From a virus: a stretch of DNA of 64,000 nucleotides. A program made the position numbers and the translations under genes. Below the pieces are notes generated by a model. It had not been told where the DNA came from. It searched no databases and saw nothing but the letters and a program-made list of their open reading frames with translations. This document shows, one piece after another, positions 46,955 through 56,873 of the stretch (position 1 is its first letter; each line of letters starts with the position of its first letter). Where the stretch lies: positions 77,218 through 141,217 of the IMG/VR virus record IMGVR_UViG_3300020430_000008; one strand, written 5' to 3'.

Positions 46955-49330
46955 CTATGCGCCGAAAGTATTCGGTCCCGGCTTAGCTTTATTTTTTATT
47001 GGATCGATCTCATCTTCTTCATCATAGTAAGGTGCGCGCTCAACTGGATCAACAGTAAAGTTTGCTGCACCCCAAGCTAAATCTGACAGTGCCTCATCAA
47101 TCTCTTCTTCGCTTTCATTTTGAGAACCGTATGTGATACAAGGGTCTTGCCCGCAACCACAGTTCTTCTTTTCTGATTCTTCAATTTCGTCGTCCTCTTC
47201 ACGAATCAAAGTGTCCACCTTTTTCTTCTTCTTCTTGTTGTATGCGCTAGCTGGTCCCTCAACAGCACCGCCAGCCATGGCTGACATTTCATCCATTGTT
47301 TCTTCAACAAGTCTTTGAAGAGTTTCAGCAACTTGTGCCTGCTCTGGGTCGCTCATTGCAACCTGTGCTCCCATCATATTAATAACTTCTTCCGCTTGAC
47401 CTCTGAGAGCTTGGGGCAAAAACTGTGCTACAGTTTCCTTGTCTCCTGCTTCAATGGCATTGCGAAAATCAGTCGCACTCAGTGGCACATTTGTCACTGT
47501 CTCTTCACCCGTTTCTTCATCGACTTTTACTACTTGACGTGTAAACTCTTTTCCGTCAATATCGATTGCAAATTGTTCACCAGCCAAAATGCGCACACCA
47601 TCTCTGGCGTACTTTTGTACGCTGCCAGCAAATCGTGAATGATCACCCCCTTTGGTGCTGACTCCAAGTATTACATGGTCGCCCGGTTGTGCTTTCTGTG
47701 GGTCGTTGTCTTCGTTGCCCACATAGTTATAGGTCATTTTGATTGGTGAATTATCTGTTGACACATAGACCTTGACTGTCTCGCTTAAGCCATATGCGTC
47801 GATATACTTTTTCCATAAATTCAAAGAATGTTCTGATGTAAAGTCAATAGGCTGGGCAAACTCACCATCACTTTGTCTGCTGAGGGGAGAAATGAAGATT
47901 TTGACTTCATCTGCCATGACGCTATATTGACGTACCATGGCGAAGTGCCCACGGTGTGGCAACTTAAACGCGCCGGGAACAATAGCAACGACTCTTCGCT
48001 GCCCTTGGTTCTCATCAAGTCTATCAATCGCTTCAACATCGCCACGACCGTATCGAAACAATCCTAGGATTTGATTGATAGGTGCAAAGTTACCAGTGAA
48101 CTTATACATCTGTCCATTGTAAGTAAACACAAAGCCCTCGACTGCAGTATTAACATTGTCGTGGCTCTTGAGCTTCTTAAGTTGTCTTATTAAAATATTG
48201 TGTGCTTCATCTCTGCCCGGTCCATCATAATTTTGGATCTTGTCAATAGCAGTAGCTACCTCGCTTCGCAGTCTCTCAAGTTCTCTTGCGTTGTCAAGAA
48301 TATAAGCACTTTCTAAACCTTTCAACATTTCAACTGCAAAATCGTGAATCGCATCCTCGATGGGTTCAATGATTTCACCCAGCAGTTTCTTTTTATTATT
48401 CTTTTCGAGCAACTGGGCAAGTGCTGCTACTTCGTTCTCGTCTTTTAACATCTTACGAACGAGTCGAATATTCTTTCTGCCCTTGGTTGCTTTGATGTGA
48501 TCAATAATGTGACCAACCACTTCCTTGTTTGCGCTCGGTACTGCTCTCTTGATAATAGGAGTCAGCTTCATATCAGTGTATTGACCAATTGTCATGTTGC
48601 CACTGAACCCTGCGTGATTCATACGACGCAAAGTGTCTTCTAATATACTTTTGTCTGCAAGCGCCTGTAGCTGCAGTACAGCCGTCTTGCGGACTGAGAA
48701 GGGCTCATCCCCTGTTGCTTCTTCAAAGCGGTCCAGAACGTCGTCGAGCGTCTGAGAAATGCGGTTGACTGCAGAGTCTGTCACATTCACAACTTGATCA
48801 GAATCTTCGATGTATTGCTTATGACCAGATGCATGGATTGACAAAACATTAGCATCATAGTTAACAACGTTAGATGCCCCCGGTCCTTGAATCTCCGTGT
48901 TCAAGAATACGGGAGCCTCTGCACCAAAGAGCATTGCCTGCTCATCCGGCGTCAAGCTTCTTGCAGCTTTTTCAAAAGCGCGGAAGGATGCGGTGTATAC
49001 TCTCTTGACACCCTCGCCGCCTTTGAATACACGCGCAGCGAGGTCAGCAGCGTTGCTGCCTCCCTTACGCATGTCGCTCTTGTTGCGAGCATAACGAGCT
49101 TCACCATCGACAAAACTGAGGTAGATATTATAGCCGTCTGTCTTCTCGGTCCCAACCAAATCACCACGCGCAGCGGTGCTAAGGATCTCTTCCATGTCTG
49201 AATAAGAGAGATCGGGATTATCGTACAGGTGTGCCAAATGCCCAGCAACGCCTCCTTCTAACAGGAGTCGCTTCCCGCGCCTTTCAGTTTCCTTCAATAG
49301 CTTTCTATAAAGTTCGTCATTCATTGTCAC
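46955..49330 (-). CDS. Ligase-like nucleotidyltransferase domain (DUF6267-like) fused to a HIGH-class cytidylyltransferase-like domain
   Basis: EGG..GHL.H, EKTDG, EGFVF, YKFTGNFAP.NQ; then PGAFKLPHRGH and SATDFR. Confidence 0.7.
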   Translation of the reverse strand: MTMNDELYRKLLKETERRGKRLLLEGGVAGHLAHLYDNPDLSYSDMEEILSTAARGDLVGTEKTDGYNIYLSFVDGEARYARNKSDMRKGGSNAADLAARVFKGGEGVKRVYTASFRAFEKAARSLTPDEQAMLFGAEAPVFLNTEIQGPGASNVVNYDANVLSIHASGHKQYIEDSDQVVNVTDSAVNRISQTLDDVLDRFEEATGDEPFSVRKTAVLQLQALADKSILEDTLRRMNHAGFSGNMTIGQYTDMKLTPIIKRAVPSANKEVVGHIIDHIKATKGRKNIRLVRKMLKDENEVAALAQLLEKNNKKKLLGEIIEPIEDAIHDFAVEMLKGLESAYILDNARELERLRSEVATAIDKIQNYDGPGRDEAHNILIRQLKKLKSHDNVNTAVEGFVFTYNGQMYKFTGNFAPINQILGLFRYGRGDVEAIDRLDENQGQRRVVAIVPGAFKLPHRGHFAMVRQYSVMADEVKIFISPLSRQSDGEFAQPIDFTSEHSLNLWKKYIDAYGLSETVKVYVSTDNSPIKMTYNYVGNEDNDPQKAQPGDHVILGVSTKGGDHSRFAGSVQKYARDGVRILAGEQFAIDIDGKEFTRQVVKVDEETGEETVTNVPLSATDFRNAIEAGDKETVAQFLPQALRGQAEEVINMMGAQVAMSDPEQAQVAETLQRLVEETMDEMSAMAGGAVEGPASAYNKKKKKKVDTLIREEDDEIEESEKKNCGCGQDPCITYGSQNESEEEIDEALSDLAWGAANFTVDPVERAPYYDEEDEIDPIKNKAKPGPNTFGA

Positions 49331-49583
49331 CCTTACCTTCTTCTAAAACTTGTAGTTTTTCTTGAAGAAGAGCAACTTCGTTTTGCAGACGCTTAACAGA
49401 TCTACGAATTTCTTTCAAATGAGACTTGGCGATTTCAATGCGACGTTCATCAGTTCTGCTGCCGGGACGGACTTGTGCCAGTACCTCTTCCAGAGATTGA
49501 ATAAAGCTCGCAACCGAGGGCAACTTGCCCTCGGTTAGAAACCTTCTTGTCATTTTGTCGAAATCAATCTGCTTTCGGTGCAT
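49317..49583 (-). CDS. Coiled-coil hypothetical protein
   Basis: Heptad-rich C-terminus. Confidence 0.6.
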   Translation of the reverse strand: MHRKQIDFDKMTRRFLTEGKLPSVASFIQSLEEVLAQVRPGSRTDERRIEIAKSHLKEIRRSVKRLQNEVALLQEKLQVLEEGKGDNE

Positions 49584-49758
49584 TCTTAGTTGCCTTCTTT
49601 GCTTTACTCTTTACGGCAGGCGCTGCTGGTGCAGCTTCCCCTGCAGGTTGTGCAACCTCGACAACTTCCTCAACAACTGGTGCTGGTTCTGGAGCCGGCG
49701 CTGCATTTCTTGCTGCAACTCTACGAGTCAGCAGTCTTTTCTTCCATACTTTGCCCAT
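49564..49758 (-). CDS. Small A/P/K-rich protein
   Basis: Fills the gap between coupled genes. Confidence 0.55.
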   Translation of the reverse strand: MGKVWKKRLLTRRVAARNAAPAPEPAPVVEEVVEVAQPAGEAAPAAPAVKSKAKKATKNAPKAD

Positions 49759-50841
49759 TTACTTCTTGCTCCATTCGGTTAATCTTTCAAACAACTTCTC
49801 TTGACGACGTTGGAAAGTCTCTTGAAGTGATTCGTTCTTCTCTTCATCTTCCTCATTGTCATCTTCGCCGTCCTTCTTGTCAGCCCAATCAGGTACACCG
49901 TCGCCGTCCTTGTCTGGCTTCTTGTTGTCATCACGCTTCATGCTACCGTGACCTTCCGCAAGGGATGCGTTAGTGACTTGAATATCTTCTGCAGCAACGT
50001 TCTCAAGAACTGTACCATCAGCAAGCTTCATGTCATAGTGCGTGACGCGCCCCAACTCTTCATTATAGTTGTGGCTAATAGCTTCTGCCATCGCGATTTG
50101 ACCATTGTGTTGCACTCCACCGTGATGGACGCAATAATGGTTAGGGGCGAAAATCTGCTCACCGTTCTCGTTGACGACTTCGCCGTGCTCGACTTCTTCG
50201 TCTTCGGTGGTGACCTCTGCATCGGCGTCGTCTTCGCCCTCAGTGGTGACCTCACCTTCTTCCTCTTCTGCTTCGGTTGTTACCTCAGCATCTTCTTCTT
50301 CTGCCTCGTTAGTGAGCGCAGCTTCCTTTAAGACCTCAGCGACAATGCGCTTGATCAGTTGTTCATGTTCAGACATGGTAGTATACTCCTTGTTACTATA
50401 AGTAGTTTCGTTCAAATTGTTACGCCTTTTTGATTTGTACTGGTCTTCCCAGTCTCTCATAACCATGGATGCGTAAGCTTCTTGTTCCATTTTTCTTAAG
50501 TGTCCGTCCGTCTGTGCGTAGCCATCTCCCATCTCTCCTAACTTCTCGGGTGTCAAATCACCTCGACAGTTTTGAGTGTGGTGTACAAGCTCATGCGCGA
50601 GCGAACGTAATAAATCTTTTGGGTGTCTTCCGTCAACATACAAAGTTACAGTGTAGTTGCCCGGTTGATAATGTGCTGTCTTTCCCAGCGGGTCTTGAGC
50701 GTTTGCAGGATCCGACTCATATACAATTGTAGCAGGCTTATCAAAGCCAAGATACTTTTGCGCATAAGGATAGAACCGCTTGACCATGTTGGTCAAAGCG
50801 GACATATCTTGATTAGAGTTATTGCGGATCTGACAACTCAT
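49759..50841 (-). CDS. HExxH zincin-like domain plus acidic C-terminal region; probable internal start at 50376
   Basis: LRSLAHELVHH.Q...ME.EAY; EVTTE repeats; DKDGDGVPD. Confidence 0.75.
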   Translation of the reverse strand: MSCQIRNNSNQDMSALTNMVKRFYPYAQKYLGFDKPATIVYESDPANAQDPLGKTAHYQPGNYTVTLYVDGRHPKDLLRSLAHELVHHTQNCRGDLTPEKLGEMGDGYAQTDGHLRKMEQEAYASMVMRDWEDQYKSKRRNNLNETTYSNKEYTTMSEHEQLIKRIVAEVLKEAALTNEAEEEDAEVTTEAEEEEGEVTTEGEDDADAEVTTEDEEVEHGEVVNENGEQIFAPNHYCVHHGGVQHNGQIAMAEAISHNYNEELGRVTHYDMKLADGTVLENVAAEDIQVTNASLAEGHGSMKRDDNKKPDKDGDGVPDWADKKDGEDDNEEDEEKNESLQETFQRRQEKLFERLTEWSKK

Positions 50842-52196
50842 GACTTAAGCTTATTAATTGTCTCCTGCAACTTACGTGCTTTGCGTTGAATTGCAATCTC
50901 TGAAACAATAGTATCCCAACCAGCATCGTCAATACTTTCAACTCGGATTTGGTTTGCTTGAGCCCATTGCTCGACAGACTTAATAATAACAGCAACAGTT
51001 TGCTGGTCAATACCAAGCTTATCTCTTGACCTTGCAAGAGCGCTCTGTAGTCCAACGCCATCCTTGCCTCGGAATACCTTAACAACAGGAGCATCAGCGG
51101 GAGCAGTGTTCTTGACTGTAGGCTTCACCGTCTTGATTTCTCCAGCGGCGGGCTCTTCCTTAGCAGCCGGCTTTTCCCTGCCGAGATTGCCAACGTCCTG
51201 ACCTTTAGCAGCTTTTCGATCTGCTTTCCCTTGTCGTTTTCGCTTGAGTTCTTTGCCTCTGTATTGTGCTGCTCGATTCGGCTGGAACTCGTTCAAGATA
51301 TCTTGAATAGTAATAGATGTACCAGTTTGTTCTTGCATCAGGTTCTCGACAAGACCGTACCAAATCCACCCTTGCACTTCGTCAAGAACACTTTCGTTGA
51401 CAGTCATGCCTTGCGCCTTAAGCTGCTTAGCAATGTGCTTGAGGACAGCACCCATGGCTGGTCCCTTGAGGCTCACACCGCCCTTAGATGCTCCACGCGC
51501 TAAGAAGCTCTGTAAGCCCTTTCCACCCTTGCCCTTGTAGACAAAGGCTTCCTTGCCCCCGCCTTCGACTCCGGCGTCTTCAAGGGCATCCTCGGCACCT
51601 TGCTCAAGCGAGTCTTGCGCTTGGTCTACCTTATCTTCAAGACCGGGCTGGATATCATCTAAGTTTACTGCTTGGTCTGCCTGCTGGAGAAGAGCGATTA
51701 ATTGCTTCATAAGCTTGCCAAGTTCTTCGGGGCTAGTCTTGGCAGTCTGTACAACTTCTTCCGGTTCCGGCAGCTTATCATCAATCTTGTCAAGAGTTTG
51801 TGCAGCCTTTTTCGCTTTAGGATCAGAGGCGTCTACAGCTTGTTGTGTAATATTAGTGAACGTCTGCCACATGTTTTGATATGGCTTCGCAACTGCTTTA
51901 AGGAACCCACCAATCTCGTTTAACTCTTGAGAATTCATAAGCTCAGTAGCTTCTGCGATCTCTGCATCAGACAAACCAAAAGCAGAAGCAGTTTCTGCAA
52001 TCCATTCGGGTGATGGCTGTTGCTCGGTGTTGCTTTCTTGCAACTTTTGATTCCATTCTAATGTAAGAATTTCTGCTCCGAGCCATGCTGTATATGTTGG
52101 AAACTTTGACTCTCTAAGCGACTTGGTAAGAGCGCGCTTAAGTAGCTCTTCGTTAACGGCTTGACGAATCTTAGCCTCTGATGTTTCGATTTTCAT
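50838..52196 (-). CDS. Hypothetical protein with KIRQAVNEE leader and duplicated GK.G.GLQS.LAR module
   Basis: YKGKGGKGLQSFLAR and FRGKDGVGLQSALAR. Confidence 0.7.
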   Translation of the reverse strand: MKIETSEAKIRQAVNEELLKRALTKSLRESKFPTYTAWLGAEILTLEWNQKLQESNTEQQPSPEWIAETASAFGLSDAEIAEATELMNSQELNEIGGFLKAVAKPYQNMWQTFTNITQQAVDASDPKAKKAAQTLDKIDDKLPEPEEVVQTAKTSPEELGKLMKQLIALLQQADQAVNLDDIQPGLEDKVDQAQDSLEQGAEDALEDAGVEGGGKEAFVYKGKGGKGLQSFLARGASKGGVSLKGPAMGAVLKHIAKQLKAQGMTVNESVLDEVQGWIWYGLVENLMQEQTGTSITIQDILNEFQPNRAAQYRGKELKRKRQGKADRKAAKGQDVGNLGREKPAAKEEPAAGEIKTVKPTVKNTAPADAPVVKVFRGKDGVGLQSALARSRDKLGIDQQTVAVIIKSVEQWAQANQIRVESIDDAGWDTIVSEIAIQRKARKLQETINKLKS

Positions 52197-52552
52197 TTTG
52201 ATCCCCTATACGATAAAAACTTATCTTTACACTCTTCGGTGTTGTAACAAATATATTCTAGATGATTGCCCCAAGGGTCAGTAACATAAACTCCATGTGT
52301 ACCGTCGCGGTGTTGGACGTATTGACCTTTCTCTTTCGGTAAGTCTTCTATGCATTCAACCAGTATCGCAGTGTGCGGTCTGTTTGGTGCGTGAGAAGAT
52401 AATAAAAGCGCAAGGCAAGTATTGTCAAGCTGCAAGCGATAATATGTATCTTGTTTATGAGTTACTTCACCTCCGCAATGGCTTATGTACCATTCCGCAG
52501 CTTCATCTAAATCATCTACAACTATTGCTATGTGATCTAAGGTAGAAGCCAT
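52193..52552 (-). CDS. VOC/glyoxalase family protein
   Basis: LDHIAIVV.D...A..WY, HTA, Y..DPWGN.LE. Confidence 0.88.
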   Translation of the reverse strand: MASTLDHIAIVVDDLDEAAEWYISHCGGEVTHKQDTYYRLQLDNTCLALLLSSHAPNRPHTAILVECIEDLPKEKGQYVQHRDGTHGVYVTDPWGNHLEYICYNTEECKDKFLSYRGSK

Positions 52553-52611
52553 GATACACTCCTAGGACACTATAAATAGTTAGCAAATCCCTAAAACAAC
52601 ATGATAAGTTG

Positions 52612-52866
52612 TTAGGTGTTTTCAGCCTGTGCAGTTGAGAGCACATGAAGCATGTGAGAGTCTTCCTTGGCAATGGATTGCGTACGGCTCCAGAAAACAT
52701 AACAATCACTTTCACCTATGCTTCTGTCGTACGGTCGTATCGTCGATATTACGATTCCAACCTCATCGTTTTTATGTATTCGCTCAGCATGCAAGTCTCT
52801 TTTCTCATAATGAAACAAAAGCTGTAATTGTGTGACTTTACGTCTTACTAAATCACCCTTACTCAC
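52612..52866 (-). CDS. Small SH3/KOW-like protein
   Basis: SKGDLVRR...VGIVI...YVFW. Confidence 0.55.
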   Translation of the reverse strand: MSKGDLVRRKVTQLQLLFHYEKRDLHAERIHKNDEVGIVISTIRPYDRSIGESDCYVFWSRTQSIAKEDSHMLHVLSTAQAENT

Positions 52867-53206
52867 TGACGACCCTGTTATTCTCTTTCCCACTAATAAA
52901 CCCACCGGCTGATACTAGTTTTAAAGAAGTAACAAGGAGTTTCTTTTCTCGGAGGCTTTTTTGCTGTTTATTATTCATAGGTACGACTTTTGCCATCGCA
53001 ACTCTTCTGATATCGCGATCTTCAATGTATAGATCACTAATGACGCCAATACACTTCGTACTTCGCTTACAAAGGGGCTCTGAGCCGTCTTGGGGCTCAT
53101 CGGAGGGTATTTCTATCATCCACTCCGTCCAAGTGACCAGATCGCCAATATTAAGGCTTTTTAACTGCTTACTGCCGAAGACAACTTCTTTATCCTTCAA
53201 AACCAT
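52859..53206 (-). CDS. Small SH3/KOW-like protein
   Basis: LNIGDLVTW...IGVI. Confidence 0.55.
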   Translation of the reverse strand: MVLKDKEVVFGSKQLKSLNIGDLVTWTEWMIEIPSDEPQDGSEPLCKRSTKCIGVISDLYIEDRDIRRVAMAKVVPMNNKQQKSLREKKLLVTSLKLVSAGGFISGKENNRVVSE

Positions 53207-53212
53207 CTTATT

Positions 53213-53665
53213 TTAACTAGTATGCTCGGAAATAACGCTCAAAAGCGTTTGTATTGCTTTTTCGTCGTTCATTCGATGATCTTTTCCGATTTCAATCAAT
53301 TTAGCGCCGGATGCTTCGGATAAAAGCTGAGAATCGGAAAATTTGACAATTCTGTCCTTCTTGGCGTGCAAAATAACGGAATTGCCGCGACACATGCTCC
53401 ATGGAGCGTATTTTCCCCACGCAGGGCAGATTAAGACCATTGGAACGGTCGTATTCGTTGCCATAGCCACTGCACCGCCTCTTGACGAGCCAATAACAAG
53501 GTCAGGCTGCACTTTTTCGATAATTTCACGCGCTGCGGCGACAGATTGAGCCCAGTCCGTCGATTTCAGCTTTGGGGCGAAGACTTCGTGCCCATTTTCA
53601 CGCAAAACCTTGCATTTTTGAGAATTTGGGCTTGACATACGACCATGAAGGTAAACAATGCGCAT
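53213..53665 (-). CDS. Alpha/beta hydrolase (YqiA/UPF0227-like esterase)
   Basis: YLHG..S, GSSRGG nucleophile, H..D, DH. Confidence 0.85.
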   Translation of the reverse strand: MRIVYLHGRMSSPNSQKCKVLRENGHEVFAPKLKSTDWAQSVAAAREIIEKVQPDLVIGSSRGGAVAMATNTTVPMVLICPAWGKYAPWSMCRGNSVILHAKKDRIVKFSDSQLLSEASGAKLIEIGKDHRMNDEKAIQTLLSVISEHTS

Positions 53666-53673
53666 TTTGACTC

Positions 53674-54141
53674 CTATTTTGAGTGTTTATCGGCAATTGC
53701 AGCCGCTGCCCATGCGTAGGGCTTGATTTGACAGTTAAAACCTGCACTTTTGGCGAATCCAGTCAGCGCATCAACGAATTTATGGGTTTTGGCAGTCTCT
53801 TTAGACGATATATCAATATGTAGCTCAATATTAGCCTTTGGAAAGCGCTCAGACAGCCTCATAGCAAGAGAAACCGACTTTGACACCTCAGAAAAGATGC
53901 GATATTGCAAATTGAGGTACTTTTCAGCGTCATAGTTCTCACGAACCCAAAAATAACGCCCGCCTGACTGGTTATCAGCCCCATGTAGGCATATAACAGA
54001 CGCGAAGATACACTTTCCACCTTTTAAGAAGCTATCGCACCCTAAAAAGATGTCACCATTGCCTGAAATGTGGGTACTAAGCTCTTCTTCGATATCTTTC
54101 ATCGAGATTTCATAACCAGAGCCTGTATGCCACCTTTTCAT
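53674..54141 (-). CDS. RNase H-like YkuK (DUF458) protein
   Basis: IFLGCDS, RIFSEV..S, ELHID, KPYAWAA...AD. Confidence 0.85.
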   Translation of the reverse strand: MKRWHTGSGYEISMKDIEEELSTHISGNGDIFLGCDSFLKGGKCIFASVICLHGADNQSGGRYFWVRENYDAEKYLNLQYRIFSEVSKSVSLAMRLSERFPKANIELHIDISSKETAKTHKFVDALTGFAKSAGFNCQIKPYAWAAAAIADKHSK

Positions 54142-54147
54142 ATATGA

Positions 54148-54176
54148 ATTCTAACCTATTTTGGTGGCTCTGTCAA
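54148..54176 (-). promoter_or_regulatory. Sigma70-type promoter, probably giving a leaderless mRNA
   Basis: TTGACA-17 nt-TAGAAT, then 6 nt, then ATG. Confidence 0.7.
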
Positions 54177-54183
54177 GCATTTA

Positions 54184-56127
54184 TTAGTGATGCCCCGGAA
54201 CTTCGCCTCGAAGCTTCTGTTTTTCTAAAGAATCCTCTTTACCGGTAACATGATCGCTCATTTTACGGAGCATTTTCTTCAAATCAGCGATTTGAGCGTC
54301 TGCTTCGTTCTTAATCTCTTGCATTGTCAAGTCAGAGTTAGCTAATGCCCATTTAAAGAACGATTCATGGTCATCTGCTTCTTTTTCAAGCCCGTTATCT
54401 CGCATTTCTGCAATAAGAGTCGGAATACTTTTAAAAACTCGTCGATTATCGCCTTCATTGACCCAGCCCTTGCCAATCGCTTGTGCCATTTGTGATGATG
54501 CACCCTTTGCAGGAGTTGAATGATACTCAATTGATTGAAGAGAACCTAACATGTCCTTGAGAAGTTTAATGATTTCAAGATCGCGCTCTTCTTCGCCTGC
54601 CATAACAGTATTCAAAACCATACCTTTAAGATCTTGAGCAGTGATGCCGGCTTGTTTGAGCTTTTCTGCTGGCGGGACAGACTGGCTGTCCTTTGCCTCA
54701 CCCCATTTGCGCTCAGACATAACTTGACGAACCATATTCTTGATCATTTCAGTCATGGGCTCTTCTTCTGAGCCTTCCGACTCTTTAGAATCCTTTTCAG
54801 AATCGGCTTTGTCTTGTGCTTCCTTGTCGGCAGCTTTTCTGTCAGCTTCTTTCTCTTTCTTTTCTCTTTCTTCGTCAGCCTTCTTAGCTTCTTCTTCGGC
54901 TTTCTTGGCTTCTTCATCTTCTTTCGCTCGCTCTTCCTCGTCTGAGGACACAGCGTCACCAAAGTCTGTTTCTTTTTCGCTTCGTTGTTGATCGGCATCT
55001 GCTGCAGCAGTATTAGAGTCAGACAATTCGTTCTCAGCTTCTTCTTCTGCCTTAGCCGCTTCTTCTGCCGCTGATGCCGCTTCCTTCTCTGCTTCCGCAG
55101 CTTGCTTGGCTACATCCAAATACTTCTCTTTCTCGCCTTGAGCCTTCTCAGCAGCATCTGTTGCCTTCTGTGCAGCATCCATTGCTTGCGATTGTGCATC
55201 TGTCGCTTTAGCCTCTTCTGCAGCGGCTTTCTCTGCAGCGTCAATAGCTTTAACTTGAGTAATCTTGGCATCCTTCCAAGCTTTGCTAGCATCCTGCCTT
55301 TGTTTAGCAGCTTGTGCCGCTCTTGTGTGTGCATCTGCAACTCCTTTGGCGGCTTCGCCTTGTTCTTTAGAAGCATCTCCCAATGCTTGCGCAGCTTCGG
55401 GAGTTTCGGCGTCAATTTCTTGTACAACTTCTTGCTTCTTATATATTTCTTCTTCGGGAGGATCGCCCTCGCCAAACCCGCGCTTTTTATTTTCAAAAAT
55501 ACTGCTTCTGCCTAACTCTTGTTTAAACTTTTCTTTAACGGCATCGATACTATCGGGACTACGAAGGAAGAGAATCTTACGAACGTTCAGTCCCAAATCT
55601 GCAGCAGCTTTTTTAACTTCTTCTTCAAAGTCCGATCCCGCTGCCACATCGCCATTTACAATCTTTTTCTTCAATTCAATCAAGACAACTTTCTCTTCTT
55701 TAGAAAGAGAGGTCATCCAGTCGCGATCATCTCGACCGCTAGCGGGACGTGTGCCATCGTAGTTCCAACTGGCTGGGCACGTGCCCTTTTTAACATGTCT
55801 AACTGCACGACCGTCGCCACCTTTGGCAACAACACTACACACATATTCTTTTGCAGTGTGCATATCGAACTTCAACAAATTCATAGGAACGCTTTTATGT
55901 CGTGCCATCATTTCTACAGTCTTTTCAAATGTTGTGCCTTCAAGACGACTATCTGAAGCTACTTGTGCAACGGCTCTGATTACTTTCTGTTCGGGCTTTG
56001 ACAGGTGTGCAAAAAAATCTTTGCCCTGCGACATACGACCAACATCATCTGCCACATCCACAACATCAGCTACGGATATTTCATTGATTAACTCAGTGAC
56101 GGCTTCTTTGAAATCTTCAAGTTTCAT
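54184..56127 (-). CDS. Large A/E/K-rich coiled-coil protein
   Basis: Long charged helical middle region; leader-like motifs. Confidence 0.75.
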   Translation of the reverse strand: MKLEDFKEAVTELINEISVADVVDVADDVGRMSQGKDFFAHLSKPEQKVIRAVAQVASDSRLEGTTFEKTVEMMARHKSVPMNLLKFDMHTAKEYVCSVVAKGGDGRAVRHVKKGTCPASWNYDGTRPASGRDDRDWMTSLSKEEKVVLIELKKKIVNGDVAAGSDFEEEVKKAAADLGLNVRKILFLRSPDSIDAVKEKFKQELGRSSIFENKKRGFGEGDPPEEEIYKKQEVVQEIDAETPEAAQALGDASKEQGEAAKGVADAHTRAAQAAKQRQDASKAWKDAKITQVKAIDAAEKAAAEEAKATDAQSQAMDAAQKATDAAEKAQGEKEKYLDVAKQAAEAEKEAASAAEEAAKAEEEAENELSDSNTAAADADQQRSEKETDFGDAVSSDEEERAKEDEEAKKAEEEAKKADEEREKKEKEADRKAADKEAQDKADSEKDSKESEGSEEEPMTEMIKNMVRQVMSERKWGEAKDSQSVPPAEKLKQAGITAQDLKGMVLNTVMAGEEERDLEIIKLLKDMLGSLQSIEYHSTPAKGASSQMAQAIGKGWVNEGDNRRVFKSIPTLIAEMRDNGLEKEADDHESFFKWALANSDLTMQEIKNEADAQIADLKKMLRKMSDHVTGKEDSLEKQKLRGEVPGHH

Positions 56128-56873
56128 AATAAGTTTCCGACGTTAACTCCTAAAACTTTATTAATTGCGTCTTTAAGTTCGGCGAGTTCTTGTGGTGTTA
56201 TAATACCATACTCTTGCTCCATAATCAAAAGATTGTAAAGCTTGTTCGCAGTGTTCCTGCGCATTGTGCTTTCACGCAACTTACCGGGACTGTAGCGTCT
56301 ACCCATCCCGCTTTGCTTGGCTTCTTCTTCTCCCTCTTCGGGCTCTCGCATTGCGTCAAGCTCTGCCGCTGCAGCATCATCAGCATCCTGTGCGTCATGC
56401 TGTGCTTGTCTGGAATCTGCCAAGTCATCTAAATCCATTTCGACTCGTTCTTGGTTCCACCAGTCGCTGTGTGCTTGAGAAGTTTGATCGTGTAATTGTT
56501 CTAACTCTTCTAGTGACATTGCACTAAAGTTGAGCCAGCGTGGTCGTATCCCATTGATATCCTTAAACATATCTGAAATATCAGAAGCAAGAGCATCCAG
56601 TAGCTCTTGACCTTCCAAGGGTTGACCCTGTGGAGGTTGCATGTCGTCCATTGCTTCTCTTACGAGTTGTTTAATTAATTCTTTCATTTCATTTTTCTCT
56701 TTCTTGTCAGGAAGTCCTTTATGTTTAGTGCTGGCGAAATCTTTAGCGTCTTTGGCTTTCATTCCCCTTGCTGTGTCCTCTACCTCTTTGGAGGCGCAAT
56801 CTTTATAATCACTTTTCTTGCATGCATGCACCATGCCCATGTAGCGTTGCTGCGCTTTACTTTTTGAGGGCAT
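56124..56873 (-). CDS. Modular hypothetical protein (N-terminal DUF3008-like SKAQQR...FASTKHKGLP)
   Basis: Module recognised by eye; internal MKELIKQLVRE. Confidence 0.65.
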   Translation of the reverse strand: MPSKSKAQQRYMGMVHACKKSDYKDCASKEVEDTARGMKAKDAKDFASTKHKGLPDKKEKNEMKELIKQLVREAMDDMQPPQGQPLEGQELLDALASDISDMFKDINGIRPRWLNFSAMSLEELEQLHDQTSQAHSDWWNQERVEMDLDDLADSRQAQHDAQDADDAAAAELDAMREPEEGEEEAKQSGMGRRYSPGKLRESTMRRNTANKLYNLLIMEQEYGIITPQELAELKDAINKVLGVNVGNLL

